A stretch of DNA of 64,000 bases from Malacoraja senta (Eukaryota). A program made the translations under genes and the position numbers. Every line of letters begins with the position of its first letter. Position 1 is the first letter of the stretch. Positions 1 through 13,593 of this stretch are shown here, piece by piece. The stretch covers positions 186,001-250,000 of the forward strand of contig JAXLNO010000709.1 of the NCBI GenBank assembly GCA_038087875.1. The letters are read 5' to 3'. The notes under the pieces are model-generated. The model ran no database searches. It was not told where the DNA came from and saw only the letters and a program-made list of their open reading frames with translations.

Positions 1-827
1 AATCGATTGGGCAGGTGGGCAGAGGAATGGTTGATGTAATTTAATACAGAAAAGTGTGAGGTTTGCATTTTGGGATGTCGAACAAGGGCAGGACCTACAC
101 AATAAATGGTAGGCCTCTGGGTAGTGTTGTAGAGCAGAGGGTTCTAGGAGTACAGGTGCATGGTTCCTTGAAGGCTTTTGGCACTTTGGCCTTCATCAGT
201 CAGAGTATTGAGTATAGAAGTTGGGAGGTCATGTTGCAGTTGTATAAGATGCTGGTGAGACCACATTTAGAATATTGTGTTCAGTTCTGGGCACCATGTT
301 ATAGGAAAGATATTGTCAAGCTTGAAAGGGTTCAGAAAAGATTTACGAGAATATTGCCAGGACTAGAGGGTGTGAGCAATAGGGAGAGGTTGACTAGGCT
401 GGGTCTCTATTCCATGGAGCGCAGGAAGTTGAGATGAGATCTTATAGAGGTATACAAAATCATGAATAGATCGGGTAGATGCACAGATTATTTTGCCCAG
501 AGTAGGGGAATCGAGGACCAGAGGACATAGGTTCAAGGTGAAGGGGAAAAGATTTAATAGGAATCCGAGGGGTAACTTTTTCACACAAAGGGTGGTGGGT
601 GTATGGAACAAGCTGCCAGAGGAGATAGTTGAGGCTGGGACTATCCCATCGTTTAAGAAATAGTTCGACAGGTACATGGATAGGACAGGTTTGTAGGGAT
701 ATGGACCAAGTGCAGGCAAGTGGGACTAGTGTAGCTGGGACCAAGATCTTTGGCTGGGACATTGTTCGCCAGTGTGGACGAGTTGGGCCGAAGGGCCTGT
801 TTCCACACTGTATCACTATATGACTCT
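1..827 (+). mobile_element. CR1-clade LINE (HER1-like) 3' fragment: ORF2 C-terminus plus 3' UTR
   Basis: ORF 63..437 has LVRPHLEYCVQFWAP...LERVQKRFTR, typical of the CR1 ORF2 C-terminus; 3' UTR ends GGGCCGAAGGGCCTGTTTCC...TATGACTCT. Confidence 0.9.
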
Positions 828-1091
828 CTGGCAGCTTGGAGTAAGTGATAGCAACTGAACCAAGTTTAAGGATTCAAATTTAGTTAAGTCTGACAATTCA
901 GTGCAGTCCTGCATTGCCAAAGGTGCAGTATTATGTCCAAGATAGTAAGCCAAAGCCAAGAGGACATAAATGATTCACTATTTCTGCAGGCAGAGAGAGT
1001 TCTCCCAATTTGCTGGCAAATGTTCTTCCCTCATACCTGACTGACAACAACAGATTAACTTGAATTCACTCATTTGCTGGGCCTTATGTCC

Positions 1092-3928
1092 AAAGTAGCC
1101 AGAAAAAGCAGCCTACCAGTGGACTGGGAGAAATTCAGAGTCCAGCCGAGGACAAAGGGCTTAATTAGGAAAGGGAAAATAGATTATGAAAGAAAACTGG
1201 CAGGGAACATAAAAACTGACAGCAAAAGCTTTTATAGATATGTGAAGAGAAAAAGATTAGTTAAAACAAATGTAGGTCCCTTGCAGTCAGAAACAGGTGA
1301 ATTGATCATGGGGAACAAGGACATGGCAGACCAATTGAATAACTACTTTGGTTCTGTCTTCACTAAGGGAGACATAAATAATCTGCCGGAAATAGCAGGG
1401 GACCGGGGGTCAAATGACATGGAGGAACTGAGTGAAATCCAGGTTAGCCGGGAAGTGGTGTTAGGTAAATTGAATGGATTAAAGGCCGATAAATCCCCTG
1501 GGCCAGATAGGCTGCATCCCAGAGTACTTAAGGAAGCAGCCCCAGAAATAGTGGATGCATTAGTGATAATTTTTCAAAACTCTTTTGATTCTGGAGTAGT
1601 TCCTGAGGATTGGAGGGTAGCTAATGTAAACCCACTCTTTAAAAAGGGAGGGAGAGAGAAAACGGGGAATTACAGACCAGTTAGTCTAACGTCAGTAGTG
1701 GAGAAACTGCTAGAATCAGTTATTAAAGATTGGATAGCAGCACATTTGGAAAGTGGTGAAATCATTGGTAAAGTCAGCATGGATTTATGAAAGGTAAATC
1801 ATGTCTGACGAATCTTATAGAATTTTTCGAGAATGTAACTAGTAGAGTGGATAAGGGAGAACCAGTGGATGTGTTATATCTGGACTTTCAGAAGGCTTTC
1901 GACAAGGTCCCACATAAGAGATAAGTATACAAACTTGAAGCACACGGTATTGGGGGTTCAGTATTGATGTGGATAGAGAACTGGCTGGCAGACAGGAAGC
2001 AAAGAGTAGGAGTAAACGGGTCCTTTTCACAATGGCAGGTAGTGACTAGTGGGGTACCGCAAGGCTCAGTGCTGGGACCCCAGCTATTTACGATATATAT
2101 TAATGATTTGGATGAGGGAATTGAATGCAACATCTCCAAGTTTGCGGATGACACGAAGCTGGGGGGCAGTGTTCAATTCAATTCAATTTATTTGTCTTTT
2201 GGACAAATTTGTCATTTGGACCCCTTGAGGTCCAAACGAAATGTCGTTTCTGCAGCCATACAATACAAAACGAAGAAGACCCGAGACACAACACAATTTA
2301 CACATACATCCATCACAACGCTGTGATGGAAGGCAAAAAAAACGTATCTCTCCACTGCACTCCCCCCCCCCCCCCCCGATGTCAGAGTCAAAGTCAAAGC
2401 CCCCGGCGGGCGATGGTGATTATCCCGCGGCCATTAAAGCCACGCCGGGTGATGCAAGGTCGCGCACCGGGTCTTGGTGTTAGAGCCCCGGCGCGCGCCC
2501 GCAAAGTCCGGTGGCCATTCCAAGCCGCGTGGGGGGATAAAGCCCCGCTCCAGGTGTTCTTCAACCCCGCAACTCGGGCGGGAGAAGTCGCCGCTGCGGA
2601 AGCCCCGAAAAGCGGTCTCCCACCAGGGGACCCGTGGGCTTACGGTGTTGCCGTCCTCCAGACCCGCGGTTGTAGCCTCCGAATCTCCGGCGGTCGGGTC
2701 GCAGCAGCGCTCCACCACAGCTCCACCCGCTCCGGACTCGGCCAGCCCCGCGACGGTGAGTAGTCCGCAGCTCCACAACTGGAGCCCCAGGTCACTCCTG
2801 CTGGAGGCCGCTCCACGTTGCCCAGCCCCAACGACAACGGAGACCCGACAGAGAAAAGGTCGGGTCTCCCGTGCAGGGGAAAGATTTTAAAGTTTCCCCC
2901 CCCCACCCCCACCCCCCCCACACACATACCCCGACAAAAAAAATAATAAAAACTACATAAAAACGAGACAAAAATAATAAAAAGACAGACGGACTGCAGA
3001 GGCCGCTGCAGACGAAAGTCGCGCCGCCCACCGAGCTGTGATGAGGATGCTCGGAGGCTGTAAGGTGACTTGGATAGGCTGGGTGAGTGAGCAAATGTTT
3101 GGCAGATGCAGTATAATGTGGATAAATGTGAGGTTATCCACTTTGGTGGCAAAAACAGGAAAGTAGACTATTATCTGAATGGTGGCCGATTAGGAAAAGG
3201 GGAGATGCAACGAGATCTGGGTGTCATGGTACACCAGTCATTAAAAGTAGGCATGCAGGTGCAGCAGGCGGTGAAGTAGGCGAATGGTATGTTAGCATTC
3301 ATAGCAAAAGGATTTGAGTATAGGAGCAGGGAGGTTTTACTGCAGTTGTACAGGGTCTTGGTGAGACCACACCTGGAGTATTGCGTACAGTTTTGGTCTC
3401 CTAATCTGAGGAAAGACATTCTTGCCATAGAGGGAGTACAGAGAAGGTTCACCAGACTGATTCCTGGAATGTCAGGACTTTCATATGAAGAAAGACTGGA
3501 TAGACTCCGTTTGTACTCGCTAGAATTTAGAAGATTGAGGGGGGATCTTATAGAAACGTACCAAATTCTTAAGTGGTTGGACAGGCTAGATGCAGGAAGA
3601 TTGGTCCCGATGTTGGGGAAGTCCAGAACAAGGGGTCACAGTTTAAGATAAGGGGGAAATCTTTTAGGACCGAGATGAGGAAAACATTTTTCACACAGAG
3701 AGTGGTGAATCTCTGGAATTCTCTGCCACAGAAGGTAGTTGAGGCCAGTTCATTGGCTATATTTAAGAGGGTTAGATGTGGCCTTTGTGGCTAAAGGGAT
3801 CAGGGGATATGGAGAGAAAGCAGGTACAGGATACTGAGTTGGATGATCAGCCATGATCATATCGAATGGCGGTGCAGGCTCGAAGGGCCGAATGGCCTAC
3901 TCCTGCACCTATTTTCTATGTTTCTATG
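1092..3928 (+). mobile_element. 5'-truncated CR1 LINE (RT region, frameshifted), split by an insertion at 2174-3033
   Basis: [26 protein letters not shown] and [10 protein letters not shown] motifs; sequence resumes at 3034 (GGCAGTGTT|AGCTGTGATGAGG); ends in the TTTCTATG tandem tail. Confidence 0.93.
2174..3033 (-). mobile_element. CpG-rich non-coding retroposon, copy 1 (apparently full length), (TTGAA)n tail
   Basis: Interrupts CR1 RT cleanly; near-identical to 29197-29928 and homologous to 32405-33237; 3' end GACAAATAAA followed by (TTGAA)n on the minus strand. Confidence 0.85.
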
Positions 3929-5119
3929 ACTCCAATGTTTGAGTACATGACAAGAGGTACTGCATCTAAAATGTGATCCTTTGTTGTTAAAATTACTTTA
4001 TATTATACTAAGAATCTTCTAAAATATTGACAAGTTCTGTATTATTTTTACTGAAACTTTTGGACAGTGGATCTGTTAATAGGAGTTAAGATATTTGAGT
4101 CATTTGTATATTCAAGCGTTACGGCACTGGAATCTGTAACAAACTTTTTGCTTGTAATTTTTAAGCAATATTGATTACCAGCGGTAAATATAGAATATTT
4201 GTTCCTGAAAAACACAGTGAACAATAGACGGTTGCATGGAAATTATGTGCATATAGTTAAACTCAGTCATTCATAACATAGTGTACACCAAGATTAATTG
4301 ACAGAGAAATTATCCATTTATTTTGTCTGTGACCACCATTATCGTGTAACAGAAACTTTTAAAAATTGCATGAGAATGATGGAACATTTCATGGGTCATG
4401 CCCTGTTTTTGCTCAGTTTTTGTGACTGGATGAGATTGAGGTACCCTTGCCGCACAGGAACCGATCCTTGATGATTTCACAGGAGCTACTGTGTTGCAAG
4501 TTTAAGAGGTAATATTGCTCCTGGTCACAATGCAGCAACTCTGTTGAACTGTAGCTGTGCATTTAGAATACAGCTCAAACATAATGCTCATCGCAAATGA
4601 AAAGTTTATTGATGTCTGGAATGCACTAAATTGAAGGTGATAACCAAAAGACTTCTGGAGCCTGTGTAAAAGTACTCCACCAAGGAGCTAGCAGTTTGGG
4701 GAAAAGAGCAAAAGAAAGCAAGTTTGACAGTTAAGGGATAACATGGGATTTATTGGTAAAGACAGGCAGTTTCGAACCAAACTTTTCAGTTAACTAACAG
4801 TAAATTCAGAGTAAGTGCACAAGACTCAAGCTTATTGAATAAAGCTGGAGGACGTATCTGTCAAGCCTTCTGTTGCAGAGCTCCCTGCGGTGTTTAGCAG
4901 CAGAGCTCAGTTTTGTGAGATTCCCCACCATTTTCATTAGGGAGTTAGCTCTAAGATCCTGTGCCAGATTAAAGCTATAGCTGGATCTGTGCCCCTGTTG
5001 ATTTCATTATGGATTACAGGATGGGGGAGAGGGAAGTAAAGGGGAAGATATTCAAGAAAGAAAAGGCCAGGAAACGGGAAATTGCAGACTGTTTAGTATT
5101 GGGAAAATGCCAGAATCGA

Positions 5120-5890
5120 TTACAAAAGGGGTTATGGCAGGACATTGAGAAAATCATCAGACAATTAGGTAGAATAACACGGTTTTATGAAAAGAAAACA
5201 TGGTTCATGGACTTGGAATACATTCAGGATGTAATAAACGGGGAGTATAAATGAGAACTATTAGATATAGTGTATTTAAATTTGAAGAAGGCATTTGATA
5301 AGATGCGGGGTGACAGGCTTCTGCGAAAGATAAGATGCATTGGGTTGGGGGTAATATATTTGCATGGATAGGAAATTGGTTAACTAAGAGAAAGCAGAGC
5401 CAGGATTTTGTTTGATCATTTTTTGTTTGATAATCAATAGGCAGTGGGGTGCTTCAAGGATCAATAAGGGGACCTCAGTTATTTAATATCCATATTAATG
5501 AGTTTGATGAAGGGGTTAAGATAGGTTGGTTTACAAGGTTAATGTTGAGCTCTTTTCCATTGTGTACTTGTCTACAACTAGGGGGCAAAGTTTCATAAGA
5601 TGGAATTGAGAAACGTTTCTTCTCTCAGATGGTTATGGCTTTTTGTAATTTTGTATCCCACAGAGCTATGGTGGCAGACCCATTGAAATATATTTACAGT
5701 GGAGCTGAGCAGACATTTAAACTGTAAGGGAGTCAGAGGATATAACTTTTATCAGTTTTAGTTTATTGTCACGTGTACCGAGGTACAGTGAAAAGCTTTT
5801 GTTATGGTGATATGGGGAGAAAGTTTAAAACAATGACACTGAGATGAAGGTTGGATTAACCATGATCCAATTGAATGGCAGAGCATGCTT
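5120..5890 (+). mobile_element. Old, highly degraded CR1 RT/3' fragments
   Basis: Decayed F.KAFDK, WI.NWL..RKQR and GV.QGS..GP-like segments; CR1-like 3' UTR CCATGATCCAATTGAATGGCAGAGC. Confidence 0.65.
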
Positions 5891-5897
5891 GAGTAGT

Positions 5898-6129
5898 AGA
5901 CACAAAATGCTGGAGTAACTCAGCGGGACAGGCAGCATCTCTGGGGAGAAGGAATGGGTGACGTTTCGGGTCGAGACCCTGCTTCAGACTGATGTCAGGG
6001 GAGTCAACAGTACAGAGATACAATGTAGTTGGGGACAGTAAGACTGGTCGGAGAACTGGGAAGGGGGGAGGAGATGGAGAGAGAAGGAAAGCAAGGGTTA
6101 CTTGAAGTTAGAGAAGTCAATGTTCATAC
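5898..6129 (-). mobile_element. Penelope-like element 3' fragment with hammerhead-like motif
   Basis: Reverse complement resembles the sequence after the GIY-YIG ORF at 59000-59240 (ATGAACATTGACTTCTCTAACTTC...CTGAAG.AGGGTCTCGACCCGAAACGTC). Confidence 0.75.
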
Positions 6130-6776
6130 AGTTGTAGCTCCGAACCCACGAACTGAAGTGGAAGTAAGTCCTCAATTCCAAGGAACTGCCTAACTCGGTA
6201 AAAACAAAAAAGGGCTGGTTTACAAGGAGAGATTGAATAAATTAATCTTGCAGTTTTTGGCATTTAAAAGGTTAAGTAATGATTTGACTGAGATTTTTAG
6301 GGCCTGAAGAGAATTATTAATATAATATAGTTTCTCTTCTCGAAAATCAAAACCAAAACTGTAGATGCTGGAAAAATGAAAGAAAAAACTGAAAATGCTG
6401 GACGCTCTCAACAGATCAGGGAGCATCTGGAAAGAGAAACAGAGGCAAAGAAGCATAGTCAAAGGGAAAGATTAGCACTTTTTTTCTTAATTATTTGGGT
6501 TTGCTTCATTGCTTTCAATTATTTAAAAGTGGCACGAAGATTTCATAGGAGTAAATTATAATACGATCTAGATGCTTTTGGGGGAAGGAGAGGGGAAAGC
6601 CTATATTTCAACACAAAATCTCTAATGTGATACATTGTGGTAGAGCTAATGTTCAGCAGGCTTATACTGTGATGGGATCAGAATTAAAACTTGTTGAAAG
6701 GGACAGTGTCCTGGATATGACTGTGCATAAACGTTATTTTAAGTATTTTTAATTTTTTAAATGAAAGCCATTACTT

Positions 6777-7075
6777 TATTTTAGAGACAGCGCAGAAACA
6801 GGTCCTTCGGCCCATCGAGTCCGCGCCGACCAATGATCAACTGTACATGTACACTACCCCACACACTAGGGACAATTTACAATTTTACTAAAGCCAATTA
6901 ACCTACAAACCTGTACATCTTTGGAATGTGGGAGGAAACCGGAGCACCCAAAGAAAATCCAAGTGGTCACAGGGAGAACGTACAAACTCCACATCGAAGG
7001 CATCCCTAATTAGGATCGAACCCGGGTCTCTGGCGCTTTAAGACAGCAACTCTACCACTGCACCAGAGTGCTGTG
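6777..7075 (-). mobile_element. HE1-like tRNA-derived V-SINE
   Basis: Reverse complement aligns with the full SINE at 52953-53280 (tRNA-like head, central domain, CR1-derived tail). Confidence 0.85.
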
Positions 7076-7176
7076 CCATTCAGAAACATTTACAGTCTAT
7101 ACCATCACAGCTTTGACAACTGGTAAAGCTGGTGGCAGTATATATATTTGTTGCTTGCACTGTGTTTCGGGCAAGT

Positions 7177-7404
7177 GAACCATCCTATCACAACTAGAGA
7201 GCAGTCCTGAACTACTATGTACCTCATTGGAGACCCTCGGACTATCATTGATCGGATTTTACTGTCTTTATCTTACACTAAATGTTATTCCCTTATGTAT
7301 CTGTACACTGAATGGCTCGATTGTGATCATGTATTGTCTTTCCGCTGACTGGTTAACACACAACAAAAATGTTTCACCGTACCCAATGAACCAAACTAAA
7401 CTAA
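7177..7404 (+). mobile_element. Rex1/Babar-type 3' UTR fragment
   Basis: Homologous to the 3' part of 56120-56577; ends in a (TAAAC)-like tail. Confidence 0.6.
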
Positions 7405-8861
7405 AAGATGGCGTTCCCCACTGCACTGTGTGGTGCCCTGTCAATGTTCAGTCCATGCCGATGGAGTCTGTGATGTTTACACGCCAGTAGGCTAGGCCTT
7501 CTGCATCCCATGTGTGACAGTTACAATCAGCAGTTCTACGCCAGCGAGAGCCGGCCCAATGTTTTACTGCAAGAACTTCAGTTTTGTAGAGAGCAAAGTA
7601 TGAAATGTATTAAAGCCAAGAATATGATCGAATAGACCTGAGCACAAAGAATGGAAAAGTGGACACGGTCTTAGACTTCCGGTGATCCGCAAGCATTCAC
7701 CACCTTCAGAAGATAGGAAAAAGAAGAAAACGTGGTAGATTACATTCAATAAATGTTATTGTATAAATGTTTTATGATTGCCCATAAAATGTAACCAGCT
7801 TGAACACGCAGCAGATACAACACGTGCCATGAACTTTATTCACAGTCGCTTGAGTTCTCTGGTGTTCCTCATTAGAATTTAACAATGTTATTTCTGGCCC
7901 TCAACATGGCAAAATCGAACAATTAGTGTCAACATTACATTCACAAGAGATTCCACAAGTCATTTGCTTTTTCTGCTGTGCATTTTGTCCAAGTATAATA
8001 AAGAGGAAATAATTAGCATTAATTTAGATGGAGAAATAATCAGCACATCGCCATCCCCTTCTTCCAAGCTTCCTTCTTTCCCCCCTCTCGCCCCCTCCCT
8101 CGCCCCCCACCCCTCCACACACTAACCTTCCCCACCCACTTCCTCCCTTCCTCCAACCACAAATGCTTAATAACGTGAAATATTGAAAATGTAATAAGGT
8201 TATTTAATCAACAAAATGCCTATTTTGACTCCCATGTTTTTCAGAAGAAGAAAGGCTTGTAAGGAAAGAATAAGGAAAGGCACTTTTTAATTGATATTGG
8301 GAGCATTCCAGGTCTATTTTGCATGTCTTTATAGAGCAAATGAGGCATTAAAAGGAAACACAATGAAATAATAAGGGAGAATTCATTGTTTCCTTATTAA
8401 TTGAAGTAGTTCTGTATGATGATAGTTGCTATGGCAATCCCATTTGAATTGGTATAAGAATTTATTCTTTGCAAGATAGGTTATTGTATATAGGTTTATT
8501 GTATAAAGATGAGATTGGCTTTCATCTTTAGTTTGTGGAAAACCAGAACAGGATGTCAAACACAATACAGTGCAGAGTTAAGGGAGAGGTAGTTGTGAAG
8601 TGGAGCTGTGTTTCGTCAGCAACACATAGAAACTGACTACATGGTGACAGATGTTGTTGACAAGAGGCAACGTGAAGATGAGGAATAAACAGTCCCAGGA
8701 AACATTCTTGGGGAAATGGTGTTAGCATCAGGAGAGGAACCATTGCTGGTGCTCCTGTAGCTACCACCGAATAGATAGCATGGAGTGTGACCCTTTCCGG
8801 CTGGATGATGGACGAGGAACAGAGGATTGTGGAGTGATCAGGTGTCAAATGCTGCAGGCAT

Positions 8862-9225
8862 AAGTTCATAAGAGATAAGAGCAGAATTAGGTTATTTGGC
8901 CCATCAAGTCTACTCGCCCATTCAATCATGGCCGACCTATCTTTTCCTGTTAACCCCATTCTCCTGCCTTCTCCCCATAACCGCTGTCACCTGTATTAAT
9001 TAAGAATCTATCTATCTCTGCCTTAAAAATATCCATTGACTTGGCCTCCACAGCCTCCTGTGGCAATGGATTCCACAGATTCACCACCCTCTGACTAAAA
9101 AAATTCCCCAGCTTCTTCCTAAAGGAACGTCCTTTAATTCTGAGGCTATGACCTCTGGTCCTTGACTCTCCCACTAGTGGAAACATCCTCTCCACATCCA
9201 CTCTATCCAGGCCTTTCCCCATTCA
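8862..9225 (-). mobile_element. CR1 3' fragment
   Basis: ORF 8950..9222 reads GLDRVDVERMFPLVGESRTRGHSL...FFSQRVVNLWN. Confidence 0.85.
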
Positions 9226-9700
9226 GTAGGCATGTTAGCGAACTGACTGTCAATCACAATTGACACCTTCATTGACTTAATTGGTAAGGGTGTCAAGGCA
9301 TATGGGGGAGAAGATAGGAGAATGGGTTTGAGAGGGAAAGATGAATCAGCCATGATTGAATGACGGAGTAGACTCCATGGGCTGAATGGCCTACTACTTA
9401 TGAACGAATTATTTTGGCCGGAGCCATTTGGTTATTGTAAAAGGGGATTAAACTTTCTTGGAAAAATTCAAGCAAGAGGTTTAGGTAACATGAACATACA
9501 TTTGGGAGGCCACATCACATTCGAAGACTTGGGAGCTTGAGAAGAACAGAAGGACCAGCCAGGAGTAGTCATTTGGTTTCTGTAGCTTACATAGAAACAT
9601 AGAAAATAGGTGCAGGAGTAGGCCATTCGGCCCTTCGAGCCTGCACCACCATTCAATATGATCATAGCTTATCCCATGTAAGGTCAAAGCTAATTAATTA

Positions 9701-9942
9701 GTAGGAAAGAACTGCAGATGCTGGTTTAAATCAAAGGTATACACAAAATACTGGAGTAACTCAGCGGGACCGGCAGCCTCTCTGGAGAGAAGGAATGGGT
9801 GACGTTTTGGGTCGAGACCCTTCTTCAGACAGATTAGTTAGTGTGTGAAGTGTTTAGTGTCTTAACCTGAAACATCATCTATTCCTTATCTCCAGAGATG
9901 CTGCCTGACCTGCTGAGTTACTCTAGCTTTTTGTGTCTATCT
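9701..9942. repeat. Foldback of two inverted Penelope-derived 3' ends
   Basis: ACACAAAATACTGGAGTAACTCAGC... on the left and ...GCTGAGTTACTCTAGCTTTTTGTGT on the right form inverted arms. Confidence 0.75.
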
Positions 9943-10309
9943 TTAATTAGTGGACTAATTCCATGACTGTCATTTTCCCTATATCCTTCACTGCGAATTG
10001 AAATCTATCAATCTCACATTTAAAGTTAACAATCAATTTAGCATCAATTACCACTTGTGGAAGAACATTGCAAATCTCTACCAAGAATTCAATGTAAATG
10101 TATTCAAAGTTTAACTCCTGAAAGGTCTGGCTTTCATATTTGTATGACAACTATGCTCCCCAATGATAGATTCTCTAACCAGCAGAAATAATTTCTTGCC
10201 ACCTATTCCATCAGATTCTCTTAATGTTTTGAAAATGTCAATCGATTCATAATTGTGAGATAATTGTTAGATGCTGCATTATTTGAAGTCAAACTAAGGC
10301 AGCAGCTTC

Positions 10310-11130
10310 ACAGTGCCCTGGAGAGTGTTGTAGAGCAGATGGACCTTGGAGTACAGGTACATAGTTCCTTGAAAGTAGTGTCACAGGGAGATAGGTTTTT
10401 CAAGAAGGCTTTCGGTTCATTGGCCTTCATTAGCCAGGGTACTGAGTGTAGATGTTGGGATGTGTAGGAAGGAACTGCAGATGCGGGCTTAAACTGAAGA
10501 TCGACACAAAATGCTGGAGACAGGCAGTATCTCTGGACATTTTCGGGTCGAGTCCCTTCTTCAGACTGGGATGTTGTGTTACAGTTGTACGCAACATTGT
10601 TGAAGCTGCATTTGGAGTATTGTGTTCAGTTTTGGTCACCCTGCTATAGGAATGATATCGTGAAGCCTGGAAAGAGTGCAGAGAAGATTTACAAGAATGT
10701 TGCCAGGGCTGGAGGGCCTGGGTTACTGGGGGACCTTGTGTAGGCTGGGACTTCCTTGGTGTGCATGAGGCTGAGGGGTGATCTTATGGAGGTTTAAAAG
10801 ATCATGAGGGGAATGTGCAGTCATTTACCTAGAATAGGGGAATCGAGAACAAAGGACATAATGTTTAAGGTGAGAGGGAAAAGATTTTATAGCAACCTGA
10901 GAAGCAACTTTTTCTAGAGTGGTGGGTATATGGAACGTGCTGCCAGAGGAGGAAGTGAGGAAGTTACTATAACAGCATTTAAGACATTTGGGCAGGTACA
11001 TGCATAGAAAAAGGTACAGAGGAATATGAACCAAATGCTGGTGGTTGGGAATAGCCTAGATGGGGCATCATGGTCGGCGTGGGTAAGTCGGACCGAAGGC
11101 CCTGTGTCCTTGCTGTATGGCTCTATGGCT
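10310..11130 (+). mobile_element. Degraded CR1 3' fragment with a short Penelope-derived insert (~10464-10566)
   Basis: DLGVQVHSSLKV and HLEYCVQFWSP motifs; insert flanked by TGGGATGT direct repeats. Confidence 0.8.
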
Positions 11131-11659
11131 ATTTTACTCTAATTAGATCCAATGGGATACAGTCCTAAATTTATGTAAAGTCTCATTGTAATTTGTACAG
11201 CATATTCAAGTGGCATTCTGGTAAATCTGTACTGCTCTCAATGTCATATAACTTTTTTGTATAGATGTACCAAATTTAATACACACATGTAATCCAGATG
11301 CTTTGATTTGGAGGATGACTTTCCGTTAACCTTTTTGATTAATATTTATACCTGTCCTTGATACTTAAAGAGTTTGTAAATGGACTCTTTAAGGTACATT
11401 GGACCAACCCTATTTCCAGGTTTTCATCATCGAGATAGCATGCTGTTCTATCCTTTTTAAAGTCATAATGTCAAGCCTCTTTATATTGAAATCAGTTTTC
11501 TAGTTATTATATTAAGTCTCTACCAATACTTCATTTCCTTATTCCACCCATGCTTGTCATTATCTTTGTGTTTTTGACAGCATTTACTATTCTGTCATCA
11601 AAATGATTTACTCCTATTGAATGGAAGCTGCAGTTCCAGCATTAATTTTGTGCCGTTCA

Positions 11660-12020
11660 CCACAGAACACAGATAAGTGCACCAACAGGAACAGGCCCTT
11701 CAGCCCACAATGTCAGTGGCAAACGTGATGCCAAGTTACAATAATCTCATCAGCCCGCACATGATCCATATCCCTCCATTCGCTGCATACCCATGTGCCC
11801 ATCGAAAAGTCTCTTATACACCACTATTGTATCTGCCTCCACCACCACCCCAAGCAGCACGTTCCAGACATTCACCACCCGCTATGTAAAAACAAAATGA
11901 CCCCACACATCTCCTTTAAACTTTGCCCCTCTCACCTTCAAGCTATGTCCTCTAGTCTTTGACATTTCCACTCTGGGGAAGAAAGTCCTGATTGTCAATC
12001 CTATCTTTGCCTTGCATAAT
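11660..12020 (-). mobile_element. Degraded CR1 3' fragment
   Basis: Reverse complement of ACTAGAGGACATAGCTTGAAGGTGAGAGGGGC...GAAGGGCCTGTTCC 3' end. Confidence 0.7.
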
Positions 12021-13593
12021 ATCATAGTGGTGTTGTTATACCTATTCCAATACCCATCCAAGTTCCCAACACATTCCTGCTACTCAGAAATTTCCTGACT
12101 GCATCAAAATGTTGTCTTTAATTTCATAGACCATAGTTGGAAGGGAAAGTTGGAAAACAAAAACATGAAAAAGATGAATAAGATGTAATCTTTGTTTTCT
12201 TTGTTGTTGTTTTCTCCTGTAATTTGTTTCTAAATCCCCTTTGGATCAAAGTGACATTTTCTATGAATTCTCTTTTCCTTACATTATGTTTGTGTGTTAA
12301 CTTTTCATGGAGAAATTGTAACATTGAATATCTTTTCTTGCAAAACTGCTGGATGAGAGATGGTCCAGCTGGATGTTTTCTGTCGTCTATTTTATATGTC
12401 TGTTGATATTTAGTATGTTTATCACTTTTTCTAGCTTGCAATTAATTTGGCAAAACAAAGTGGTATCATCATGGGTTTACTTCCTTTGTTTTGTTAAAAT
12501 GTTTTTCATAAGAAAAGTTGGAACTTGACAAGATCATAAGGTTCTCATTTATCACTTTGATTGCTTCTGCATTAACTTTCTTCATTCTGTTACAAATTGT
12601 GTAGTGTGTTTGCAGCAATGAGTATTATTGCTAAGAAATGATGTTTCTGTTTGGAGATAGTGGGGCAATTGAGACATCCATTGTCAGCCAATAGTTTAAA
12701 TCAATTTAGCAACAAGAGGCTCAACAACAGAGTGATCAGAATGAAGGGTTGGAAGCTCTTGTCGAAATATTGTTCAAACTTTGCTTTGGGTTCTATTTAA
12801 AGATGATTCTTCCTTTCAGGTATTCTTGTGTGGGGGAAATTAGTCTTTAAACACGATAGTGTTTAATAGGATGATAGTGTTCTTTGGACATAGTTCGTGC
12901 ACATATTCCAGGAGTTTGTCCAACTGATTGATTGCTCACTGCAAAGAAAGTTTCCTGTTTTTGGAGTTGATTTGCAACAGTAAAACTGACTCATAATTCC
13001 CTGTGCTGTTGGCTGCATGACCCTGTGAGACAGAGTAGATTTCCCCAACACCATTAAGAGTTTGTTTTAAGATTACTCATTTTTGGAATAAGACGAGTTT
13101 GTGCTCACGCTAAATGTAACAAATTATTTACAAGTACTCAGTTAAACAAAGGAACATAGACTGCAGCTGTTATCAATTGTGGCAGTTTTAAAACTTGAAT
13201 ATTGATTTAAAATTGTGATCGTTGAAACAATTTTTCCGGCAAGTGTTAAGATAAGGAACTGTATTTGTAAGATTCAAAAACATAATCATAGTATTTCCAG
13301 TGCAGAACAGCATAAACATGTTGCCATTCTTTCAATTAATTTTGTTTTGACACGGTGTATAAGATACTAAATCTGTCATTGAATGATAGCATTGTAATTC
13401 ATAGGTTCTGCAGTCAAAGTGGGCTATTCTTGCAGAAAAAGATTCAGATTAGTTTATTGTCATATGGATGCAATAAAATTCCTTGTTCAAACGAAGCTCA
13501 TAGAGTAGACAGTATACATGGTAGTGATAAATCCTACAATAAATGATGCGAGTCAGTACAATGGTACAAAGATTGTAGTGCATTTTGAAGCAC

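Noticed and set aside
2209..3152. Overlapping 100-180 aa ORFs in the GC-rich retroposon (also 29419-30017, 32539-33219, 39010-39596, 41843-42742)
   Set aside because: Stop-poor GC-rich sequence; frames are not preserved between copies and show no recognisable domain.
1074..3651. Active autonomous LINE or transposase anywhere in the window
   Set aside because: All CR1, Rex, L2, PLE and Tc1 reading frames are truncated or broken by stops, frameshifts, insertions or deletions.
7408..7740. Coding-looking stretch (LLHPMCDSYNQQFYASESRPNVLLQELQFC...)
   Set aside because: Stops in all frames, no clear splice sites and no family I can recognise; BLASTX would be needed.
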